The position numbers and the translations under genes are program-made. A DNA stretch of 64,000 bases. Origin: a virus. The notes under the pieces were generated by a model. It had not been told where the DNA came from. It saw nothing but the letters and a program-made list of their open reading frames with translations, and searched no databases. Within the stretch, counting starts at the first letter, position 1, and every line of letters starts with the position of its first letter. Positions 19,102 through 26,970 of the stretch are shown piece by piece. The stretch covers positions 8,038 through 72,037 of IMG/VR virus record IMGVR_UViG_3300037470_001029. One strand, written 5' to 3'.

Positions 19102-20148
19102 TTAGCGCTTGGCCCCTGCCTGCAATTCGCGCGCTTTCGTCAGCCGATCGGTCGGAGACAATCCCGAGAAATCGGGCGCGCCGCGCACGGTGCGCTTGTC
19201 GCCCTTGGCGTCGCCGCCGCTCCCGCCTGCCGGGAACCAGTGTGGGCAGTCCGCGCGGCGCTCCTCGATCCAGTCCTCGACCGAGAAGGGCGCCTTGCCC
19301 TCCTTGTTGAGCACGACCGTCTCGCCGTCCTCCTCGAACTGGACAGCCTTGAGCTCGTCGTTCAGCGAGAAGATCTGCCTGGCGCGCAGCAGCGCATCCT
19401 CGATCGCGCCCGGGAACATCCCCGCGTTGGTCGCCGCGGCGCGCACCTTGTTGTCGATCGCGTGCTCCATCAGCGTCGAGGCCACCTCCAGCGCGCCGTC
19501 GCGCTCCTCGCCCGCGGTCTGCGCCTGGCTCATCAGCTCCTCGCGCATCTTCTGGGTGCGGGCCTCCATCACCTTGTCGATGTGGCCGGCCTGGATCATC
19601 TTGCGCTCTTCCTCGCTGGCGAACTGCGACAGGAGCTCGCGGGTCTTGACCGGGTCGATGCCGTCGAACTGCTTGAGCTGCGTCTCGTACTCCTCCCTAA
19701 CCTTCTTGATCTTGTCTTCCGAGTTACGGCGCTCGTTCTCCGCGACCTTCTTGAGCCCGGTGACATCTTCGACGTCGACCTTGGAGTGGTCCAGCTTGAA
19801 CTTCTTCGTCGCCGGGTCCTCGGCGTACCAGGCGCGCATGAACTCCGGCACCGCCTCGAGCTTGTCGACCTCGGGGGCGATGGCGCCGAGAGACAGCCCG
19901 CAGCGCTCGATCCATGACGGCTCGAACGGGTCCGCCGCCATCAGCTTCAGCGGCTGGAGGGGACGCCCGAACGTCAGGACGCTGAGCCACAAGCGGCCGG
20001 TGAACAGGAGGTAGATCCGCTCGCGGAGCGTCAAGCCCCAGCACGAGATGGCCTGCCCGTTGTCGCCGACGTGCGCCGGCAACGGGATGTACGGCTTCTG
20101 GTCCTTCGCGATCACGATGTTCTGCTGCTTGAATTCGACCGGCTTCAT
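19102..20148 (-). CDS. Head scaffolding protein with an 88-aa N-terminal extension
   Basis: Coiled-coil core EDVTGLKKVAENER...FDGIDP...CPHWFPAGGSGG; directly upstream of the capsid gene; AAAGGAG RBS. Confidence 0.85.
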   Translation of the reverse strand: MKPVEFKQQNIVIAKDQKPYIPLPAHVGDNGQAISCWGLTLRERIYLLFTGRLWLSVLTFGRPLQPLKLMAADPFEPSWIERCGLSLGAIAPEVDKLEAVPEFMRAWYAEDPATKKFKLDHSKVDVEDVTGLKKVAENERRNSEDKIKKVREEYETQLKQFDGIDPVKTRELLSQFASEEERKMIQAGHIDKVMEARTQKMREELMSQAQTAGEERDGALEVASTLMEHAIDNKVRAAATNAGMFPGAIEDALLRARQIFSLNDELKAVQFEEDGETVVLNKEGKAPFSVEDWIEERRADCPHWFPAGGSGGDAKGDKRTVRGAPDFSGLSPTDRLTKARELQAGAKR

Positions 20149-20172
20149 GCTCTTCTCCTTTGATGGAGTTGC

Positions 20173-20373
20173 CCGCGCATCCCGCGCGGTAAGGTTTGCC
20201 CGAATCCCTCGAGCCCTACTTGCTTTTTTTCTTGCCCTTCTGGAACGGCGGCAGCTTGCCCTTGCCCTTCGGAGCTTCGGACTTGCCTCTGCTGCCCTTC
20301 TGGTAGTTCTTCAGCCCTTCAGGTACCTTTCCCATGATCGCCTCCTAAGTTTTGCTCGCGCGATCCCTGCGCG
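20173..20373 (-). promoter_or_regulatory. GGGAT-loop hairpins upstream of the scaffold and small basic genes
   Basis: CCGCGC-GGGAT-GCGCGG (20173-20189), GCTCGA-GGGAT-TCGGGC (20198-20214) and a looser CGCG-CAGGGAT-CGCG (about 20359-20373). Confidence 0.6.
20216..20335 (-). CDS. 39-aa Lys-rich peptide MGKVPEGLKNYQKGSRGKSEAPKGKGKLPPFQKGKKKSK
   Basis: Read manually; TAGGAGG RBS 5 nt upstream of the ATG. Confidence 0.6.
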   Translation of the reverse strand: MGKVPEGLKNYQKGSRGKSEAPKGKGKLPPFQKGKKKSK

Positions 20374-20792
20374 TAGGGTTCACTTCTGAGAGTATATCCT
20401 GGCTTGTTCTCCAGCCGACGCGCCCGCACGTTGTCGGTCGCGTCGAAGCCCAGCTTGCGCAGCGCGCTGGCCAGCGCCATCGGATCTCCGTGGCTCGCCG
20501 CGTAATCGTCTGCCTCGAGTTCTTGCCTGTAGCGGCGCGACGGCGACGCGCGCATGAAGAAGCAGACCAGCAGGAGATTCTTCCAGATGTGGCGGTGGTG
20601 GCGGTGCCCCTCCTCGTGCAGACGCACGGCGTGCCACTCGTCCGGCGTGAGGCGGTCTACGTAATCGTCTGGGATGATGATGCGGAAGCCGTTGAAGGAT
20701 GCGCCCTGCGGATTGGCGTAATACATGCCGACTAGATGCAGCGCGATCCACAAGACCCAGATGACGGCGAAGACTGTTCCGGCAATGACCAT
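20319..20792 (-). CDS. Membrane-anchored zinc metallopeptidase (M48/M56-like)
   Basis: N-terminal transmembrane helix; LTPDEWHAVRLHEEGH (HExxH); QELEADDYAA...ALASALRKL. Confidence 0.8.
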   Translation of the reverse strand: MVIAGTVFAVIWVLWIALHLVGMYYANPQGASFNGFRIIIPDDYVDRLTPDEWHAVRLHEEGHRHHRHIWKNLLLVCFFMRASPSRRYRQELEADDYAASHGDPMALASALRKLGFDATDNVRARRLENKPGYTLRSEPYAQGSREQNLGGDHGKGT

Positions 20793-21865
20793 CAGGCGTA
20801 TCTCGCGCGCAGTTGTCCGACGGTCATTATGCGCGTCCCGTCGAGCGACAGCAACTGCTCCAGTGTCAGCTTATTGTCGCGCCAAAGGTCTGCGCGCCCG
20901 GGTCCGAGCGCCTCGTCCTGCCATGCCTTGCCCTTGCGGCGCAGGAAGGCCTCGAAGTCCATGCCAGCCGACACGGGACCGTCGCTCGATGCGCGGCGGC
21001 CGGGCTTGGCCTCCTCGGCGTCGATCCCTAGCTCCTTGTAGGTCTTCGTCACCGCGACCGCCACGCACCGGCAGCCCCAGTGGATGACGCCCGGCCCGCC
21101 CTCCCACGCGAGGGAGTGGCCCTGCGGTTTCGGCGGGTCGTCGAGCAGAGTGTACCGCTTGCGATCGCGCGGCCCGCAGATCGGGCATGTGTGGACATCG
21201 AGCGTCGCGAGCCAGCGGATTCCCGAGAGCGCGTCTGCATTCCTGCGGAATGTCTCCATGCGCGCCTCATTGGCGGCCGCCTGGATGCTTGTGTGCACGA
21301 GCGAGCGGGCATTGCTGCGCGCCACATCCATAACTCCTGGAATGCCGAGCCGCGGCGACCCGACAACGCGGCGAACAATTTGTTCGTTGGCCTCGCCTGC
21401 GGCGATCCCCTGGCGGACGGCGGTGGAGAACCGCCAGGCGGTGTCCTGCGACTGCCGCAGCCACCAGTCGGCCGACGACGAACCCAGCAGCAGAGCGTTG
21501 GACGCCACGCGGGCGAGGAACGTCTCCGTAGGCAGGCCGACCGCCAGCACGATGCGGAGCGCAGGCCCGAGCGCCTGCGCGGTGGTCTCCGCCGTGGCTC
21601 GCGCCGCGCCGGCCATCGACGTGCTGAGGACGGCCTGCCCGGTCGCGTAGTAGCGGTCGATCACGGCCGTGGCCTGGCGCAGCATCTGTTGCGTGCGCGC
21701 CTTGGTGAACTCGGTCAGGTCTCCGCCCGCAAGCGTCTGCGCCAGCTCGGCCTGCAGCCGGTTGAGTACGGCGAGCACGCGGGCGCGCACGCCGGCCTCG
21801 AACCTGAGCAGGTCGATCTGGTGCTCGAGGATGAGGTCGATCAGCGCCTGGTCTATGGTTCCCAC
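20792..21865 (-). CDS. Minor head protein (Mu gpF / SPP1 gp7-like)
   Basis: RWLATLDVHTCPIC...HWGCRC motifs; GTG start overlapping the upstream TAG. Confidence 0.85.
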   Translation of the reverse strand: MGTIDQALIDLILEHQIDLLRFEAGVRARVLAVLNRLQAELAQTLAGGDLTEFTKARTQQMLRQATAVIDRYYATGQAVLSTSMAGAARATAETTAQALGPALRIVLAVGLPTETFLARVASNALLLGSSSADWWLRQSQDTAWRFSTAVRQGIAAGEANEQIVRRVVGSPRLGIPGVMDVARSNARSLVHTSIQAAANEARMETFRRNADALSGIRWLATLDVHTCPICGPRDRKRYTLLDDPPKPQGHSLAWEGGPGVIHWGCRCVAVAVTKTYKELGIDAEEAKPGRRASSDGPVSAGMDFEAFLRRKGKAWQDEALGPGRADLWRDNKLTLEQLLSLDGTRIMTVGQLRARYA

Positions 21866-22053
21866 TAGCAAGAGCTCCGCGGTTTAGGCGCAATGATAAT
21901 GCGGCGATCAGTGACCTGCGTACGCAACCTGAGGCTGTTGTCGCGCCAACCACACTTTGAGGCTTCGAGAGCATCAAACCTCTCATCGATGTCCTTCATC
22001 ATGCTCACGGCAAGATTTCTAGCCAACTGCTGAAGTAGCTCTTTGAGCATCAA
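21865..22053 (-). CDS. Small hypothetical protein (lower GC)
   Basis: 62 aa; GGAGG RBS; overlaps both neighbours. Confidence 0.5.
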   Translation of the reverse strand: MMLKELLQQLARNLAVSMMKDIDERFDALEASKCGWRDNSLRLRTQVTDRRIIIAPKPRSSC

Positions 22054-22520
22054 AACCTCCTCTGCCGCTGCATAGGGTCGGGCTTGACGCGCGTCGTCTC
22101 GATGCCGCGGGCACTCATGCTCTTGAACACAGGGTCAGCCGACGGCGCAGCCTGGTTCGGCAGGTACGCCGGGTCCGAGAAATTCTTCGCCAGCAGCACC
22201 GGCTCCGGGAACCAGCCGTTGCACATGGTCGTCAGCTCGCGCAGCACCTTCTGCGGCAGCTTGCTCGGCGTGACCGTCGTGATGATCCGGCACTTCGACA
22301 GGTGCCGGTACAGGCACACGCGCGGCAGCGTAGCGTCGCTCTTGCATTCATTGTCGAGGTACGCGATGTCCTCTATCACAGACCACTGGTGCTTCTCCAT
22401 CGGCTCGGTGACCTTGACCCACTTGATCGGCGGCCCTCCCTCGACCGGCGGGACCTGCGCGAACGAAACCGCGATCACGAAGTAGGGAAGCGACAGCATC
22501 GTCAAAATGATGGCTCTCAT
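22050..22520 (-). CDS. Exported protein with a Sec-type signal peptide
   Basis: MRAIILTMLSLPYFVIAVSFA|QVPP; four Cys; GGAGG RBS. Confidence 0.6.
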   Translation of the reverse strand: MRAIILTMLSLPYFVIAVSFAQVPPVEGGPPIKWVKVTEPMEKHQWSVIEDIAYLDNECKSDATLPRVCLYRHLSKCRIITTVTPSKLPQKVLRELTTMCNGWFPEPVLLAKNFSDPAYLPNQAAPSADPVFKSMSARGIETTRVKPDPMQRQRRF

Positions 22521-22768
22521 CGTTGGCCCTCCGCGGCGCGCTGCCGCGCTTCGTAGGCGTCGCCCAATTGCTTCGCCAGCGGGTGCTTGACCCACGCCAG
22601 CACCATCCGGTTCAGCTCTATATCGCACTCCACGCACAGCGGGCGGTGGAGGTTGCCGTCCGAGCAGATCTGCCAGGTGGCGTGCGCCCTGCGCGGGCAG
22701 CGCACGCACTTGAGACGGCGGACGCCCGCGTCGGTGTACGGCCGGCGCCGACCGATCAGTCCCACCAT
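22517..22768 (-). CDS. Small zinc-finger-like protein
   Basis: CVRC...CVEC Cys pairs. Confidence 0.55.
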   Translation of the reverse strand: MVGLIGRRRPYTDAGVRRLKCVRCPRRAHATWQICSDGNLHRPLCVECDIELNRMVLAWVKHPLAKQLGDAYEARQRAAEGQR

Positions 22769-23199
22769 TCCGCCTTCTTCATTCTGTTGGTCATGCCCTC
22801 TTGCAGCATCAGGCAGGAGCCGTAGTCGTGGCAGACGAGCCTGCCCTTGAGCATTCCATAGTTGTACCGCTTGAAGTCGGTCAGGTAAGCGGGCATTCTC
22901 TCGGGGAACTTCGTTGCCATCGTCGTGCGGCGCTGCATCAAGATCCCGCCGCTCTGCGAGATCCAGACACACGGGGCGAACCACCTGGCATGGGGAGTTC
23001 CCTTGACCATATCCCACACCTGCCACTCGAAGATATTCTGGAAACGGTCCTTGTTCTGGTCTTCGATCTTAATAACGATGCCATCGTCGATCGCAGACTC
23101 GTACACGTGCCGCGTCAGCCCGGTGCCGATCAGGGCGCCCGTTACGCTGACTGCCAGCTCGTGCTGAAGCGACGGGTTGTACAGGTGCGTATTGCTCAC
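22756..23199 (-). CDS. Minimal protein-kinase-like protein (147 aa)
   Basis: IGTGLTRHVY (Gly loop), VIK, NIFE, TDFKRYNYG (catalytic loop), HDYG (DFG-like); GTGA overlap with the portal stop. Confidence 0.7.
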   Translation of the reverse strand: MSNTHLYNPSLQHELAVSVTGALIGTGLTRHVYESAIDDGIVIKIEDQNKDRFQNIFEWQVWDMVKGTPHARWFAPCVWISQSGGILMQRRTTMATKFPERMPAYLTDFKRYNYGMLKGRLVCHDYGSCLMLQEGMTNRMKKAEWWD

Positions 23200-24758
23200 G
23201 CGATCGCCTTGCCAGGCTGGCCGCCGCCGGCCCCCGATTCGCCGAAAATCTCCTGCTGCAGGGCAAGCGCCGCGGCGTTCTGCTCCTGGATCTGCTGCTG
23301 GCGCTCGGCGATGCGCGCCTGCTCCTCTTCGAGGGTGACCTCCTCGGCCACGATCTCGCCGGCCTTCAGCAGGTTGAACAGCCCCTGGTCGGAGAGGCCC
23401 GGCGCGCCCTGCTGCCAGCCGCCCAGCAGCGCGGAGAGCATGGCGGGATCCATCGGGGCCGGGTAGAAGTCGCGGTTGAGCTCGACGAGAACCTTCGACG
23501 GGTCGGCCTCCGCCCACTCGGTGAACCACTTGAGCGCCTGCGTCATGCCGAGCGAGATGGCCTGCGCCATGCTCGACAGCGTCGACTCCTCGCCCTTGCG
23601 GTGGATGCTCGACGACTCGGCTGTCTCCACCGCCTTCTTCTGCGGCTCCAGCATGCGGGCGCCGAGGATGGCCATCTGCTGCTCCTCGCGGTTGAGCTTG
23701 TTCTCGAGGGTGCTCAGGCCCGCCCCGCTGAACTCGACGAAGGACGCCTGCGCCTTCTCGTTGGCAGAGACGATCGCCGTCTCGCTGCCGATGTAGACGT
23801 CCTTGGGGTTCCCCGCGGCGTCGAGCTCACGCTTGAACCCGGCGAGGAACAGGGTGGGCAGCGCCGTGAAGTGGCAGCCGTGCGCGTAGTCGGCGCTCGT
23901 GCGGTAGTGCGCGAGGTTCAGGTCGACCAGATCGATCAGCGGCGGCTCGTCGACGTCGGGCCCGACCTCGTCGGTGCCCATGATCACGAGCGGGATGAAG
24001 CCGAGCTTCATACTGCGCATTTCCGGGTAGATCGGCGGGCCGGGAACGTAGGCCGTCGCATTGCCCTTCATCCCGGTAGTCGACTTGGTTAGCTGCGGCT
24101 TGAACACGCGCTGCCGGTAGACCGGCGACGCGGGGGTGTTGTCGCCGGGGCTCGCCGGCAACTGCTCCAGGTCGAGCACGCGATACGTGTCCTGCTCCTT
24201 GGACTCGAACTCGTCCTTCGGATTGTCGACGCTCTCGGGCTCCTTCAGCACGACCTGCGTCAGCACCGTCTGGTTGTTGACCCGCCCGGTGCGCCAGTTG
24301 ATGACCGACTCCGCGCGGTAGAGCAGCATCGTCGGGCGAAGGTTCATCCGCCTGGCGTCGGCCTGCGTCAGTCCCTTAGGGGCGGTCGGGTAGTCGACCA
24401 GCACGGCGATGCGCCCGACCGTCAGCGCGTTCTCGCTCACGTCCTGGAGGAGGAGCTGGAACGGCTGGCCCGCGGCGTCCACGTCCTTGAGCAGCTCCTC
24501 TACCGCGGCAGGGACCTCCACCTTTGGGGGCTTGCGGAACATCATCCCGAGCAGACCGGAGATAGTACGCCACGTGGCGTTGTAAAACGTGGAGCGCAGC
24601 ACCATCGCCTTGTAATCATTGGAGGTCTGCGCCTTTAGCTTCGGCAGGTACTTCTCGCCGGCCTGGTGCACGGCGTCCTGGCCTGCGGCCACGTCGCGGC
24701 AGCGCTCCCACTTCTTGGAAAACTCCTGATACTGCCTGTGCTGAGTATTGACGGGCAT
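23196..24758 (-). CDS. Portal protein (DUF4055-like)
   Basis: 520 aa; YLPKL...RSTFYNATWRTI...PPLIDLVDLNLAHYRTSADY motifs. Confidence 0.9.
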   Translation of the reverse strand: MPVNTQHRQYQEFSKKWERCRDVAAGQDAVHQAGEKYLPKLKAQTSNDYKAMVLRSTFYNATWRTISGLLGMMFRKPPKVEVPAAVEELLKDVDAAGQPFQLLLQDVSENALTVGRIAVLVDYPTAPKGLTQADARRMNLRPTMLLYRAESVINWRTGRVNNQTVLTQVVLKEPESVDNPKDEFESKEQDTYRVLDLEQLPASPGDNTPASPVYRQRVFKPQLTKSTTGMKGNATAYVPGPPIYPEMRSMKLGFIPLVIMGTDEVGPDVDEPPLIDLVDLNLAHYRTSADYAHGCHFTALPTLFLAGFKRELDAAGNPKDVYIGSETAIVSANEKAQASFVEFSGAGLSTLENKLNREEQQMAILGARMLEPQKKAVETAESSSIHRKGEESTLSSMAQAISLGMTQALKWFTEWAEADPSKVLVELNRDFYPAPMDPAMLSALLGGWQQGAPGLSDQGLFNLLKAGEIVAEEVTLEEEQARIAERQQQIQEQNAAALALQQEIFGESGAGGGQPGKAIA

Positions 24759-24764
24759 CTTAAA

Positions 24765-25268
24765 TTACTCCTCGAGCATTGCGAGTAGGGCCCCCTGCCG
24801 CAGGGCGCGGGTGACCAGTCCCGTGGGCGTCGGCGCGTCGCCGAAGTCCTCGAGCAGAAGCTTTGAGCGAATGAAGGCCGCGGCCTCGGCGCACTGCCAC
24901 TTCTCGTTCGCGCCCGGCACCACCTTCGTGATGGCGGACTTGATAGCCTCCACCTTGGAGTACCGCTGGCCGACGATCGCCATAGCGGTGAGCTCGGCCT
25001 TGTTGTCCCATTGCTCGCGGATCTCGTCGCGCAGCCAGTAGCACGGCAGCAGGCGGGACAGCGGGAAGATCCGCACCGCGGGCACCACGGCCTCGATCAC
25101 CAACACGCGCTTGCCGACGCACCAGGCGACGCCGACGTGCGCGTACTCGCTCCTCGTGAACACGCGAACGAACTGCACCTCGAGGTCGTGCCACGTGCGC
25201 CACGCCTCGTGACCCCACGCCAGAAGATCGCCGGAGCGGAGAAACGGGCGCGCGGCAGGGTAGTTCAC
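24765..25268 (-). CDS. Permuted papain-like NlpC/P60 (YaeF/YiiX-like) protein
   Basis: SGDLL...SEYAHVGV...VIEA...WQCAE, with His before Cys (permuted order). Confidence 0.7.
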   Translation of the reverse strand: MNYPAARPFLRSGDLLAWGHEAWRTWHDLEVQFVRVFTRSEYAHVGVAWCVGKRVLVIEAVVPAVRIFPLSRLLPCYWLRDEIREQWDNKAELTAMAIVGQRYSKVEAIKSAITKVVPGANEKWQCAEAAAFIRSKLLLEDFGDAPTPTGLVTRALRQGALLAMLEE

Positions 25269-25624
25269 GGCTGCTGCACCTTGACGCGCAGCTCGCGGTT
25301 GACATCGTCCAGCTCAGCCTTGTAGCGGAAGAACTGCTTCAGCTCCCACTGGTTGATCATGCGCGCGTCGCGCTTTGCCTCCAGCTCGAACACCTTGTCC
25401 TCGAGCGAGTTCTTGCGCTGGCGCAGGAACCCCGCGTCGGTGTACGCGCGCTGGGCGGCCAGCTCTTTTTTGAGCTCCTTCTTCGCCGCGGCGACGGCCT
25501 CCTCGGCCCTCTTGACGTCGGCGGCCTTTGCGTAGCGCGCGTCGATCGCCAGGGTGGCAATCACGATCGCGGCGACCAAGCTGGCGAGCCACCAGATAGT
25601 CTTCTTCACTGCGGGATCGATCAT
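25265..25624 (-). CDS. Single-TM coiled-coil membrane protein (holin/spanin-like position)
   Basis: N-terminal transmembrane segment WWLASLVAAIVIATLAI followed by a charged coiled coil. Confidence 0.5.
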   Translation of the reverse strand: MIDPAVKKTIWWLASLVAAIVIATLAIDARYAKAADVKRAEEAVAAAKKELKKELAAQRAYTDAGFLRQRKNSLEDKVFELEAKRDARMINQWELKQFFRYKAELDDVNRELRVKVQQP

Positions 25625-26334
25625 TGTGGCCTCGCAGTCATCTTTTGCTCGACTGCCGCGCAGGCCTCACCCTCCTCGTGGATCAGGCGCTCCAGGTCGG
25701 CGAGCGGCATGTAGAAGGCGCCGGCCTTGCCCCAGTTGTCGCCCCACGAATTCTCGAGGGTGGCGAGCGAGCGCGTGGCGTTGATCCCCCGGAGCAGGTA
25801 GGCGTGGCCGCCGAGGACCGCGGCGCCCGGCTCGATCTTAACGATCCCCTCGGGATCCGGGTGCTCGAACGAGCTGTACCAGTTGGTGCCGACGACGCAC
25901 GGACCGTTGGTCAGCACCCACTCGACCACGGTGGACAGGTCGAACGCCCAGAGGTAGCTCTTGAGGTGCCCGAGGTCGGTCAGCACTTTGGCGCCGGCGC
26001 GCACGCTCGTGCCCCCATCCATGGAAGGGTCCCAGTCGCCCATCGCGGCCTCGGCATCGTTGTCCGCCCACGGATCGATCGCGACCGCCCTGCGGTAGAT
26101 GTCGAACGGCGACGGCCCGCTCTTCTCGGTCTGCATCGGCGCGCAGCGCAGGAAGTTCTTCCACGCGTGGCCGACGCAGGTGCTGGTCAGGCCCTGGTCG
26201 AGCGAGCGCCCGTTGACCCGCCACGTCTTCGCGCTCGGAAGCAGCACCTTGTCCGCGGTGGCGAGCTTGCGGCGCATCAGGTACTCGCGGTCGCGCGGGT
26301 CGACGGCGATCCGGCGGCCCAGTCCCTTGTTCAT
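25621..26334 (-). CDS. Papain-family (C1-like) cysteine peptidase
   Basis: DQGLTSTCVGHA, GGHAYLL and ENSWGDNWG carry the catalytic Q/C/H/N residues. Confidence 0.85.
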   Translation of the reverse strand: MNKGLGRRIAVDPRDREYLMRRKLATADKVLLPSAKTWRVNGRSLDQGLTSTCVGHAWKNFLRCAPMQTEKSGPSPFDIYRRAVAIDPWADNDAEAAMGDWDPSMDGGTSVRAGAKVLTDLGHLKSYLWAFDLSTVVEWVLTNGPCVVGTNWYSSFEHPDPEGIVKIEPGAAVLGGHAYLLRGINATRSLATLENSWGDNWGKAGAFYMPLADLERLIHEEGEACAAVEQKMTARPQ

Positions 26335-26648
26335 AGTTGTCGTCCTCCCAAGCGATGCAGCGGGTGGTTCTTGAGATAGCCAATCCGCACGCGGCCGTAC
26401 CTGGCGACGTACTCGATCTGGCCGTTCGCGATCCCCGCGACGCAGTGAACCTCGCCGAGCTGCTCGTCGGCGAAGACGCAGCGCCGGATCTGCGCGCCAT
26501 CCAGCATCACGACGGCATAGGAGAAGTAGGGATCGTACGCGGGGTGATCCTTATTCGTCGAGATCCTGCGCCCGCGAGGCTGCGAGCCGACGGCGAACGG
26601 CAGCAGCGCCGCGGCGGCCGGAAGCTGCACGAAGCGGCGGCGGTTCAC
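26331..26648 (-). CDS. Hypothetical protein with a twin-arginine-like N-terminus
   Basis: MNRRRFVQLPAAAALLPFAVG; GTGA overlap. Confidence 0.6.
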   Translation of the reverse strand: MNRRRFVQLPAAAALLPFAVGSQPRGRRISTNKDHPAYDPYFSYAVVMLDGAQIRRCVFADEQLGEVHCVAGIANGQIEYVARYGRVRIGYLKNHPLHRLGGRQL

Positions 26649-26968
26649 GCGAGCCCCTTCAGCGCGTCCTCGAGGTCGTGCGCCTCTTTCGCCTGCCTGT
26701 TGCCCTCCCTGGAGACCTGCACGGCGCGGGCGGCCTTGACGAGCCGGCGCACCTTGACGGCGTGGTCGGCGTCCGCGAGCGCGGCCTTGATCGAAGGCTC
26801 GTCGTAGTCGAGCGCCTCGTCGATGATGGCGACGGCCTGGTCCCTGGCCTCGTCGCTGGATGCCGAGGTGGATAGGCCCGCCACCAGGTCGCGCGCCGCT
26901 TTCAGCGCGTTGTGCATCTGCGCGGTGAGCTGGCGGGACGCGGCGAGCTGCAGTTCGGTTTCGTGCAT
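26645..26968 (-). CDS. Hypothetical helical protein
   Basis: ATG 26968 with GAGGAG RBS, just after the terL stop. Confidence 0.6.
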   Translation of the reverse strand: MHETELQLAASRQLTAQMHNALKAARDLVAGLSTSASSDEARDQAVAIIDEALDYDEPSIKAALADADHAVKVRRLVKAARAVQVSREGNRQAKEAHDLEDALKGLA

Positions 26969-26970
26969 GG

